Shown here piece after piece: positions 28,257-37,226 of a stretch of 42,190 nucleotides of DNA. Numbering within the stretch: the first letter of the stretch is position 1; each line of letters starts with the position of its first letter. Source of the DNA: an uncultured Candidatus Saccharibacteria bacterium. Lineage in GTDB: Bacteria > Patescibacteriota > Minisyncoccia > Phycocordibacterales > PALSA-1337. The notes beneath the pieces are model-generated. The model had not been told where the DNA came from. It saw only the letters and a list, made by a program, of their open reading frames with translations, and ran no database searches. The stretch covers positions 1 to 42,190 of the forward strand of contig CAYOER010000005.1 of NCBI GenBank assembly GCA_964403205.1, written 5' to 3'. Position numbers and translations under genes: made by a program.

Positions 28257-30389
28257 CATGAGACCATTAGAAGTACGACTTCCAGCAGTATTTCCACCAA
28301 TAATAGCTGCACTTGCACTATCATCACTACGTGTCCCAATAGGCGTAATAGCTGTTGGTAATTGATAAAATATTCCATCAATATAAAGAGAGGGGACATT
28401 GGTAGTATCATCAGAATTGTAACTCAAAACAATATGGTGCCATTTATTGAATGAAATAGGCGGAGTTGTGCCGTTATATTTCCATTTACCCGTATTACCC
28501 GAAAATGTAACATTAAATTCAAACCCTGTTTCTCCTACGAAATGACTAGAAAAAGCAAAGAGAACCCAATTCTTACCAATCCAAAAACCTGCTTCACCTT
28601 CTCCTGCAGATTTCGGATTTACCCAATATGATATCGTACCACCACCATCCCAAATATTTTGTATAGAAGATGTATTGGAAATAGTAATATAATCATCCCT
28701 CCCATCAAACTTCAACCCCTGCCCGACCTTCCCTGCCTTCACCGCTGTAGATGTAGAAGTGAAACCGATCATAGCACCATTATTACCATTACCACTTTTA
28801 TCTTTTACATTCTGTATCATATCCGGCCCATCGAATGTCCACCAGCCGACAAGACCTTGATTGAGATTGCTGGGGCCAGGAAAAGAGATATTTTGTTTAC
28901 CAGATTTACTACTATCATAGACTTTCTTTATTTCAGTGGCAGACAGAGCCCTATTATATACTCTTATATCATCTAGATATCCATACCAATTCCCATTACC
29001 TTGATCATCACGCGCACCGAGTACAGAAGCTCCACCGGGAGAGTCAGTATTGGTACTTGTTGCAATAGAAAGTCCATCTTTATATAGATCTACATTATTA
29101 CCATCAAAGACATAGCAAACATGTACCCATGTATTATTGCTAAATACTGCAGAACTAGACTGGGAACCTTTCGCTGTTGCTCCAGAACGATAAGAGACAA
29201 ATAATTTACCATCATTTACTATACTCCCCATACGTATACCATTACTAGCATCAATATAGAAATTCAAGAATGTCTGATTCCATCCTGCAGGAGAAACTGT
29301 CAGATCTTTATTATATGCCCATGCACAGGATGAACTTGGATTACTAACTGTTGTTATTGGATTAGAAATTAGACCGATAGAAGTGACATTACCGTCAAAG
29401 GTAAGTGCCTGACCTACCTTACCTTGTCTCACTACAGTAGAAGTCGCTCCGAAATATTGGAAATATCCATGCTTGCCATTACCACTGGTGTCTCTGACAT
29501 TCGGTGTTAGATTTGCCCCATCGAAGGTCCAATATGCTACTAGATTATTATTTATACTATCAAAACTTGATGGGGTATTTATTTTGCTACCTTTGGTGGC
29601 ATTATAAAGTTGAGCAATTTCTTGGGCACCTAGTGCGCGGTTGTAGATGCGGATGTCGTCTATTGTTGCATTAGCGAATGCTGAAGCGTCATTATTAGTC
29701 CCAATCTTAAGAGGTGTACTGATGTTCGTATTAAGTGCTCCTCCTGTCCCATTAGTAGTAGCTTTCTGTACGCCATTAATATAGACATACGAGGCAGGGT
29801 CGTTATACATAACAACTACATGTGTCCATTGACCTAGTGGTATTGGGCAAGTAGCGGAGTTACAATTAATATCTAGCTGACTACCCCCAGTTCCAGAACC
29901 TCCATATCTCCAAATAGTTGCTATATCAAAAAAACTGCTACCGTATACACTGAATAATCTCCCTGTGCTTCCACTGTTACGATAAATAAAGTGACCCGTC
30001 TTATTATTATTTTTAACCCAAAAAGCTATGGTAGCCCCACTTGCACCTTCTAGGGAATCAAGGGCACTCGAATCAGGCGCATCCACATAATCATTACTAC
30101 CATCAAACTTTAGTGCCTGCCCGACCTTACCCGTAACCACCGCACTAGAAGTAGAAGTGAAACCAATCATAGAACCATGATTACCATTACCACTTTTATC
30201 TTTTACATTACTTATCATATCCGGCCCATCGAATGTCCACCAGCCGACTAGACCTTGATTGAGATTATTGGGACCAGGAAGTGAGGAGTTTATACCACTA
30301 GCAGAAAGGGCGATGGAAGGTAATAGGAGTATTGCTATAAAGACAATACTAGATTGTATTAAATATTTCAAAATAAAATTATTCCCCAT
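28185..30389 (-). CDS. Secreted protein with three LamG-like domains
   Basis: Signal peptide; three copies of WTFDG...DDIR[IV]YNRAL. Confidence 0.9.
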   Translation of the reverse strand: MGNNFILKYLIQSSIVFIAILLLPSIALSASGINSSLPGPNNLNQGLVGWWTFDGPDMISNVKDKSGNGNHGSMIGFTSTSSAVVTGKVGQALKFDGSNDYVDAPDSSALDSLEGASGATIAFWVKNNNKTGHFIYRNSGSTGRLFSVYGSSFFDIATIWRYGGSGTGGSQLDINCNSATCPIPLGQWTHVVVMYNDPASYVYINGVQKATTNGTGGALNTNISTPLKIGTNNDASAFANATIDDIRIYNRALGAQEIAQLYNATKGSKINTPSSFDSINNNLVAYWTFDGANLTPNVRDTSGNGKHGYFQYFGATSTVVRQGKVGQALTFDGNVTSIGLISNPITTVSNPSSSCAWAYNKDLTVSPAGWNQTFLNFYIDASNGIRMGSIVNDGKLFVSYRSGATAKGSQSSSAVFSNNTWVHVCYVFDGNNVDLYKDGLSIATSTNTDSPGGASVLGARDDQGNGNWYGYLDDIRVYNRALSATEIKKVYDSSKSGKQNISFPGPSNLNQGLVGWWTFDGPDMIQNVKDKSGNGNNGAMIGFTSTSTAVKAGKVGQGLKFDGRDDYITISNTSSIQNIWDGGGTISYWVNPKSAGEGEAGFWIGKNWVLFAFSSHFVGETGFEFNVTFSGNTGKWKYNGTTPPISFNKWHHIVLSYNSDDTTNVPSLYIDGIFYQLPTAITPIGTRSDDSASAAIIGGNTAGSRTSNGLMDDIRIYNRALSATEVRQLYNMGR

Positions 30390-30411
30390 CCCCTAATTAT
30401 ATCATATTCAC

Positions 30412-31275
30412 TTATTTCTTAATCATCGCCACTTTATACATTCCCTCTTTTTCTGCTAGATATATTTCTCTGGCTTGGGATACTGTGAATGCTTTTTTAT
30501 ATACACGAATATTATCTAAATAATATCTATTCGTAGGACCTCCGACTAATGAGCTACCTAATATATATAAATTATTTGAATTATAATGACAAACTCCATC
30601 AGTGAAACTAGAAAAATTAGTAACTTGTTTACCATTAATATACATAGCTACTTTATTATTATCACATACTGCCATAACATGATACCATTGATTAATTTTT
30701 ATAGGAAAACTTGGAAGTGGTGGTGAAAGTACTACTCCAGATGAAGATACAGTAGTAAATACTAAATTACTACTACTATCCATATAGAATCTCCAACGTC
30801 CAGGAATAGTATTTATAAAAAGGTTAGAAAGATATTCTATACTATTTGTACCTGTAGTATTTATCCAAAAAGAAACAGAATAAATATTTGTTGGCCCTCC
30901 AATTATAAGAGAAGGAGATGAAGCAGTTTTACCACTATCACCCGAAACAGATATTACTTTACCAATTTTAAATGGGTTTGTAGTATTAGTAATAATTCCT
31001 GGGTTAACTAAAAAGAGATTGTTTCCATTCCCTGTTTGATCTATTATATTATTAGAACCATCATGACTATCAAATTCCCAAGAAAGTACTAGATCATCAT
31101 TCCATGCAGAATATGTATGAGTATCGAATGTCTGCCCAGCTGCCACACCACTCCTCTCTCTAGTACCAGATAGACTAGCTAGAACAACAGAAGAGAGTAG
31201 ACCTATAATAGAAATTACTACGAGTAATTCTATGAGGGTAAAGGCGCGAGAATGTTTATAAGATATCTTTATCAT
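30412..31275 (-). CDS. Type IV pilin-like protein fused to a LamG domain
   Basis: Class III signal RA/FTLIELLVVISIIGLLSS; C-terminal WYHVMAV...LDNIRVYKKA. Confidence 0.88.
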   Translation of the reverse strand: MIKISYKHSRAFTLIELLVVISIIGLLSSVVLASLSGTRERSGVAAGQTFDTHTYSAWNDDLVLSWEFDSHDGSNNIIDQTGNGNNLFLVNPGIITNTTNPFKIGKVISVSGDSGKTASSPSLIIGGPTNIYSVSFWINTTGTNSIEYLSNLFINTIPGRWRFYMDSSSNLVFTTVSSSGVVLSPPLPSFPIKINQWYHVMAVCDNNKVAMYINGKQVTNFSSFTDGVCHYNSNNLYILGSSLVGGPTNRYYLDNIRVYKKAFTVSQAREIYLAEKEGMYKVAMIKK

Positions 31276-32171
31276 TATTTATTATTTATCTTTCCATTAT
31301 CTCCTATTGCCAGATTATCAAATTTATCTTTTTCTGCTAAATATAATTCTTCTGCCATAGCAACAGTGAATGCTTTATTATAAATACGAACATTATCTAC
31401 ATAATATGGAAAAACACTGCCATTAAGAAGTCTTGCATTCATTATAATAGGAACAGTGGATAAATAACTACAATTACCACCAGAAGATAGTAATTTGGAA
31501 TCTGTAGCTACTTTACCATTCACATATAAAGTACCTTTTGTACCGTTACATACTGCCATTGCATGATACCATTGCCCTGACTTTATTAATATTTGAGGAA
31601 CAGACGGAGAAAAACCAGAATTAATATTGGATCTAGCTAAGAAAGATAATTTTCCGCCGTCTTGTATAGAGATCATCCATTTCCCAGCTGCTAAAGGAGA
31701 GTAGAAATTGGAAATTATTTCAACACTACCAAACTCACCACCTCTTGGATATATCCAAAGCGAAATAGAAAAATCATTAACTATGGGAGTAGGACTATTT
31801 ATTGGACTACCGGTAACTGCAGTTTTGCTTGTATTTACAATATCTAATACCTTTCCATTCTTAAAAGGATTATAATTACTATCAGTAACTAGAGAAGTAG
31901 TATCCGTAAGTGTAAGATTATTCCCATTCCCCGTCTGATCTTGCACCGTAGTACCACTATCGGTATCGAAGTCCCATGCAAGAACAAGATCCTCATACCA
32001 TGCACCATATGTATGTCTATCGAATGTCTGCCCAGAAGCTAGAGTACCCTTTTCCCTAACACCAGAAAGAGTTGCGAGGATAATGGATGATAGCATACCT
32101 ATAATAGATATAACCACAAGCAATTCTATAAGGGTAAAGGCTTTCGATGAATTATTTTTATCTATTTTCAT
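31275..32171 (-). CDS. Type IV pilin-like protein fused to a LamG domain
   Basis: KA/FTLIELLVVISIIGMLSS; WYHAMAV...VDNVRIYNKA; paralogue of the neighbouring gene. Confidence 0.88.
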   Translation of the reverse strand: MKIDKNNSSKAFTLIELLVVISIIGMLSSIILATLSGVREKGTLASGQTFDRHTYGAWYEDLVLAWDFDTDSGTTVQDQTGNGNNLTLTDTTSLVTDSNYNPFKNGKVLDIVNTSKTAVTGSPINSPTPIVNDFSISLWIYPRGGEFGSVEIISNFYSPLAAGKWMISIQDGGKLSFLARSNINSGFSPSVPQILIKSGQWYHAMAVCNGTKGTLYVNGKVATDSKLLSSGGNCSYLSTVPIIMNARLLNGSVFPYYVDNVRIYNKAFTVAMAEELYLAEKDKFDNLAIGDNGKINNK

Positions 32172-32284
32172 TTCTCTATATTCAATTTATTGATAATTAT
32201 AGCATAAACATTATCTATATCTATATAATATTTCCACAGATTGTATTACTTTATAACTTTTTACTTTATAACTTTATAACTCTT

Positions 32285-34468
32285 TTACCTCCCCTGATTA
32301 TATAACTGCTTCACCTCGCTTGCCGACAGCGCGCGGTTGTAGATGCGGACGTCGTCGATGGTGCCATCTTGATTCTGTGTGCTTACAGAAATAGCTCCTA
32401 TTCTTATATTATATGAACCAGAGACAGGAGTCCCGGAATTTTGATTGGCTGTACCAACTAAAATACCATTTATATAAAAATTAGCTTGATTACTATTATT
32501 TCTTGTAACAGTTACGTGATACCAAGTATTAAGTAATAATGAATTTGTCCCAGAATGAGATGTTGTAGTAAAATTATTACTAGAAAATTCTAATCGCTTA
32601 TTAACACCGACAGTACGAAAAATTGTACTCCCATTAGTTAAAATCTGTCCAATAGAAACAAAAGATTTTAAATATATCCATGAAGAAATGGTCACATCAG
32701 TTGTACTAATTACAGATGATGATGTTTGAACATAGTCATCCCCCCCATCAAACCTCCCCGCCTGACCGATCTTACCCGGCACATAGAAAGTAGAAGTAGA
32801 GATACTGATTGCATTACCATGATTACCATTTCCACTTTTATCTAGCACTACGCCATTGTTCATATCTTTCCCATCGAAAGTCCAATAACCGACTAGTCCA
32901 CAGGAGAGTCCTGTGGTGCAGGAGGTTGGGCCGACCTTGGGAGAGGAGGCTTGCTTGGTTGCTGCACCCATATTGTAAAGGTAGGTGATTTCACTTTGGG
33001 AGAGGGCACGCATATAAAAACGTACATCATCTATTTTACCATCATGATAACTAGAACCACATCCATTGATAGCACCTATACAAGGTGAAAATGAACTATC
33101 TAATACAATATCTGATATAGCACCAGAATTAGATGAACTTATAACACCATTAATATATAAAAATACATTTGTACCCTGCCTTACAGCAATAACATGCGTC
33201 CATTTCCCAGTCGTTAAAGTGTTCGTTGGAGTTGTAGCTGCTACTGTCGCAATTCCGTAGTCTGTTATAGTAAAACTTAACCTATTCAGTGTACTTACAA
33301 TTATACTCGCAGAATCTCCCGAAGCAACTTTGTCATCATATAGAGCAGAACCAAATGCTACTCTATCATAAAACATCCATCCTGCTATAGTAAAATCTGA
33401 AGTACCTGGTGATAACTTAGGACTACTAGACGGTAATTTCACACCATCGTTTACCCCGTCAAAATTTACCGCCTGCCCCAGCTTACCTGGCGCATAGAAA
33501 GTAGAAGAAGCGATATTTATAGGGTTCCCATTATTCCCATTTCCACTTTTATCTAGCACTACACCATTACGCATATCCTTCCCATCGAATGTCCAATAAC
33601 CGACTAGGCCACAAGATAGTCCTGAAGTGCAGGAGGTTGGGCCGACCTTGGGAGAGGAGGCTTGCTTGGTAGCTGCACCCATATTGTAAAGGTAGGTGAT
33701 TTCTGATTGAGTGAGGATGCGGTTATAGATGCGAACATCATCTAGACCAGCATCTAGGTAATCCGATATTCCATTTGCACTACCAAGCATTAAATTACCG
33801 GATTCATCGGAATTTGCTGTTGCTCCATCTGTAGCAGATAAATTTGTCTGTAAAACTCCATTTCTATAGACCACAACACCAGTAGATAAAGTCATAGAAC
33901 CATCCCAAGTAAGGACTATATGTTGCCAAACATTATTGACTAATAAACTATTATAATTTTTAGAGGAGTCTGTGCCACCCTCTTTTGCGAAGCGCAAGCG
34001 TGCTGGATTTGTAGTAGAATTCTTTTGTATTTGCCAATATCCAGTACCATTTGAAGCTGCCCCTTTCTGGATTATGCTATTAATAGTATTCGTATCTGGT
34101 CTAATCCAAAAAGCCACAGTCATACCTCCTCCACCTTGACTCTGTATATCATCAAGTGATGAACCTGTGCCTGCATTGATATAATCATTACTACCGTCAA
34201 ATTTTAGTCCTTGTCCTATTTTCCCAGGTTTATAGAAAGTAGAAGTAGAGATACTGATTGCATTACCATGATTACCATTTCCACTTTTATCTAGCACTAC
34301 GCCATTGTTCATATCTTTCCCGTCAAAGGTCCAATAACCGACTAGGCCAGAACTGAGAGAAAGAAGATTGGGAGAAACACCGATCTTGGAAGCAGAGGCG
34401 GTGTGGGGGGAAAAGAAAAAAGTGAAAAAGAAAATAGTAGACAATAAAATAATCTTTACAGATTTCAT
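32285..34468 (-). CDS. Secreted protein with three LamG-like domains
   Basis: Signal peptide; three copies of GLVGYWTFDGKDM...DDVR. Confidence 0.9.
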   Translation of the reverse strand: MKSVKIILLSTIFFFTFFFSPHTASASKIGVSPNLLSLSSGLVGYWTFDGKDMNNGVVLDKSGNGNHGNAISISTSTFYKPGKIGQGLKFDGSNDYINAGTGSSLDDIQSQGGGGMTVAFWIRPDTNTINSIIQKGAASNGTGYWQIQKNSTTNPARLRFAKEGGTDSSKNYNSLLVNNVWQHIVLTWDGSMTLSTGVVVYRNGVLQTNLSATDGATANSDESGNLMLGSANGISDYLDAGLDDVRIYNRILTQSEITYLYNMGAATKQASSPKVGPTSCTSGLSCGLVGYWTFDGKDMRNGVVLDKSGNGNNGNPINIASSTFYAPGKLGQAVNFDGVNDGVKLPSSSPKLSPGTSDFTIAGWMFYDRVAFGSALYDDKVASGDSASIIVSTLNRLSFTITDYGIATVAATTPTNTLTTGKWTHVIAVRQGTNVFLYINGVISSSNSGAISDIVLDSSFSPCIGAINGCGSSYHDGKIDDVRFYMRALSQSEITYLYNMGAATKQASSPKVGPTSCTTGLSCGLVGYWTFDGKDMNNGVVLDKSGNGNHGNAISISTSTFYVPGKIGQAGRFDGGDDYVQTSSSVISTTDVTISSWIYLKSFVSIGQILTNGSTIFRTVGVNKRLEFSSNNFTTTSHSGTNSLLLNTWYHVTVTRNNSNQANFYINGILVGTANQNSGTPVSGSYNIRIGAISVSTQNQDGTIDDVRIYNRALSASEVKQLYNQGR

Positions 34469-34538
34469 AACTAGATTATAGCATGAAAATATAATAAAAT
34501 AACTTTCAACTTTATAACTTTTTACTTTATAACTTCCC

Positions 34539-36788
34539 CTACCTCCCCATATTATATAACTGCTTCACTTCACTTGCCGATAGCGCGCGGTTGTAGATGC
34601 GAACGTCGTCGAGGGAGCCGTTAAAATTTCGAGAATTGGCACTTACATTAGCGCCGATATGTGCTGATGAAGTAGTATCTGACACTATGTTACCAACACC
34701 ATCAGTTGGACTTGTGTATGCTGTTTCAACTCCATTAATATAAAATTTTATTCCTGTAGCATCTGCAGTACCATCCCATGTCATTGTAAAATAAGTCCAT
34801 TTATTTAAAGGTATAGCATTCACAGTTGATACAACTCTACTTAGATTAGTTGCGCCATCATAATCACGATAAAACCATGGGGTTAGTATTCCAGAGGAAC
34901 CAGCGCTATCTATTGATAAAAACCAACCATTCAATCCAAAACCAGTACTTTTCTCCATTATATATCCAGTATTATTAGACCCAGAACTTTTTGGGTATAC
35001 CCAAGAACTTATGGTAATAGCAGGCAAATCATTGAGACTACTAGGTGTACCAGCATTCACATAATCATTCGTTCCATCAAACCTCCCCCCCTGCCCCAAC
35101 TTCCCCTGAGTATAGAAAGTAGAAGTAGAAATGTTAATTAAATTTCCATTATTACCATTTCCACTTTTATCTAAAATTACACCATTACGAATATCTTGAT
35201 TATTGAAGGTCCAGTAGCCGACTAAGCCTGAGTCTAGTGAATTGACATTAGGTCTTAATGCTTGAGTTTCTTGGAGTTTAGTACCTGCGCCTTGCATATA
35301 TAGTTGCTTGATTTCTGAAGTAGACAGGGCGCGGTTGTAGATGCGGACGTCGTCGATAGAACCGTCAAATACTCTTGAACCACCAGCTACATTATTACCG
35401 ATGATCATATTCCTAGCGACATCAGTTACACGACTTGCATCTCCATCTGTCTGTGTAGAGTAGGTTTGTTCTACACCATCCTTATAAATATGAACATTTG
35501 TTGCAGTAGTGCTACCATCCCATGTTACAACTAAATGAACCCATTTATTAAAATTAGAAGTTGAAAATGTAGCAGAAGAAGTACGAACAACAAGATTTGT
35601 CACATCATAATCCACATTAAATTCTATTGTTCCACTTAAAGTTGAGCGGATATAAAATTCCCAGCCATTCGCATCGAAACCAGTTGATTTTTCTACTATA
35701 CCGCCAAGACTAGTCCCTCCAAATGATTTTGCATTTACCCATGCTGATATAGACATAGCTGACAAATTATTGAGACTACTAGGTGTACCAGCATTCACAT
35801 AATCATTCGTTCCATCAAACCTCCCTGCCTGCCCCAACTTCCCCTGAGTATAGAAAGTAGAAGAAGCGATACCAATTGGATTACCATGATTACCATTTCC
35901 ACTTTTATCTAGTATTACACCATTACGGATATCTTGATTATTGAATGTCCAGTAGCCGACTAGGCCTGAGTCTAGTGAATTGACATTAGGTCTTAATGCT
36001 TGAGTTTCTTGGAGTTTAGTACCTGCACCTTGCATGTAGAGTTGTTTGACTTCGGAAGCAGATAGAGCGCGGTTGTAGATGCGGACGTCGTCAATAATAC
36101 CATTAAACCTAGTATCATTATTTCCACGCTCTCCAATATGAAGGTCTCTGCCATTACTTACATACTGTGCCAATGGAATACCTGTAGTATTTTGTCCAAT
36201 AGATACACCATTTTTATAAATCTCTAAAGATACAGACGGAGTAAAAACTGCTACATAATGATTCCAAATATCATTATTATGTAAATCATTTACCGTAAGA
36301 GAAATGGTTTCGGTACTGCTAGTAGCGATGGTGAATGCTACATCATTACTATTGTTAATTCCAAAACTATATCCTCTAGTGGAACTCCCCCCTTGTGTTC
36401 CCAAACTACCAGTCGTAGCACTTGAACCTTTTCCTTTCAACCAAACTGAAATAGTCATGGCTCCTGTCGGCTTGAAAGAAGGATCGTTAGAAACATTCAC
36501 AACATCATCCCCCCCATCAAACTTCCCCCCTTGCCCCAGCTTTCCCTGAGTATAGAAAGTAGAAGAAGCGATATTTATTGCATTACCATGATTACCATTA
36601 CCACTTTTATCTCTAATTACACCATTTACTACATCATTGCCATCGAAACTCCAATACCCTACTAGACCATTCGTAAGAGACATAACATTTGGTGATACGC
36701 CGATAGTCGTGCCGGCGGAGGCGGTATGGGGAAAGGAGAAAAGGCTAATAAAAAATATAAATATTATTAAAGTAAGGTTTTTATTCAT
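34539..36788 (-). CDS. Secreted protein with three LamG-like domains
   Basis: Signal peptide; three copies of GLVGYW...DDVRIYNRALS. Confidence 0.9.
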   Translation of the reverse strand: MNKNLTLIIFIFFISLFSFPHTASAGTTIGVSPNVMSLTNGLVGYWSFDGNDVVNGVIRDKSGNGNHGNAINIASSTFYTQGKLGQGGKFDGGDDVVNVSNDPSFKPTGAMTISVWLKGKGSSATTGSLGTQGGSSTRGYSFGINNSNDVAFTIATSSTETISLTVNDLHNNDIWNHYVAVFTPSVSLEIYKNGVSIGQNTTGIPLAQYVSNGRDLHIGERGNNDTRFNGIIDDVRIYNRALSASEVKQLYMQGAGTKLQETQALRPNVNSLDSGLVGYWTFNNQDIRNGVILDKSGNGNHGNPIGIASSTFYTQGKLGQAGRFDGTNDYVNAGTPSSLNNLSAMSISAWVNAKSFGGTSLGGIVEKSTGFDANGWEFYIRSTLSGTIEFNVDYDVTNLVVRTSSATFSTSNFNKWVHLVVTWDGSTTATNVHIYKDGVEQTYSTQTDGDASRVTDVARNMIIGNNVAGGSRVFDGSIDDVRIYNRALSTSEIKQLYMQGAGTKLQETQALRPNVNSLDSGLVGYWTFNNQDIRNGVILDKSGNGNNGNLINISTSTFYTQGKLGQGGRFDGTNDYVNAGTPSSLNDLPAITISSWVYPKSSGSNNTGYIMEKSTGFGLNGWFLSIDSAGSSGILTPWFYRDYDGATNLSRVVSTVNAIPLNKWTYFTMTWDGTADATGIKFYINGVETAYTSPTDGVGNIVSDTTSSAHIGANVSANSRNFNGSLDDVRIYNRALSASEVKQLYNMGR

Positions 36789-36797
36789 TTAATAAAA

Positions 36798-37226
36798 TTA
36801 AATATTTTTAGATTTCAAATATATTTTGATACAATCTACATACTTTTCATATAATGGTACAAACTCTTTTGCTGAATTATAAAAAATAAAATTATCTTCA
36901 TCAAAATCGTATTCATGTATTAAAACATTTCTAAGATTAGAACTTTTTATGAATTTTGGCAATAAGTCTTCTTCTAAGACTTTTAATGATGCCATTCTTT
37001 TGAAAGATTCTCTATATGTATCAGGTGTTTCTGCTCCCATCTCCGCAATTATATGAGTATTTATATCGCTAGCGATTTCTACAATCAATTGGAAATTCCT
37101 TTCTGCAGAGCGGATATTAGTAAATATTTTTTTAAATTCAGAAAAAGGCAATACTAAAAGTTGATTTAATTCAATCAATAATACCTTCATTTGTTCTAGC
37201 TTTTTTAGTATCAGATCATGCGACAT
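36798..37226 (-). CDS. HEPN/DUF86 (HepT-like) ribonuclease toxin
   Basis: AERNFQL.VE...DI..H and the R-X4-H motif in RNVLIHEY. Confidence 0.9.
   Translation of the reverse strand: MSHDLILKKLEQMKVLLIELNQLLVLPFSEFKKIFTNIRSAERNFQLIVEIASDINTHIIAEMGAETPDTYRESFKRMASLKVLEEDLLPKFIKSSNLRNVLIHEYDFDEDNFIFYNSAKEFVPLYEKYVDCIKIYLKSKNI

Larger units (their letters stand above)
26077..36083. repeat. Dispersed exact 17-bp direct repeat GCGCGGTTGTAGATGCG (9 copies) at LamG domain ends
   Basis: Copies start at 26077, 26773, 27445, 28231, 29635, 32331, 34585, 35329 and 36067. Confidence 0.9.

Noticed and set aside
28118-28411. 97-aa minus-strand ORF
   Set aside because: Alternative frame overlapping the LamG gene end and the duplicated junction.
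26003-36100. CRISPR array or integron attC array
   Set aside because: Repeats are within coding sequence, 670 bp or more apart and not attC-like palindromes; no cas or intI gene present.
26031-36788. Diversity-generating retroelement targeting the LamG genes
   Set aside because: No reverse transcriptase or non-coding template repeat in the window; by eye, differences between repeat copies are not adenine-specific. A remote DGR cannot be excluded.
26031-36788. Shufflon (invertible segments)
   Set aside because: All repeats and genes share one orientation, and there is no invertase in the window.
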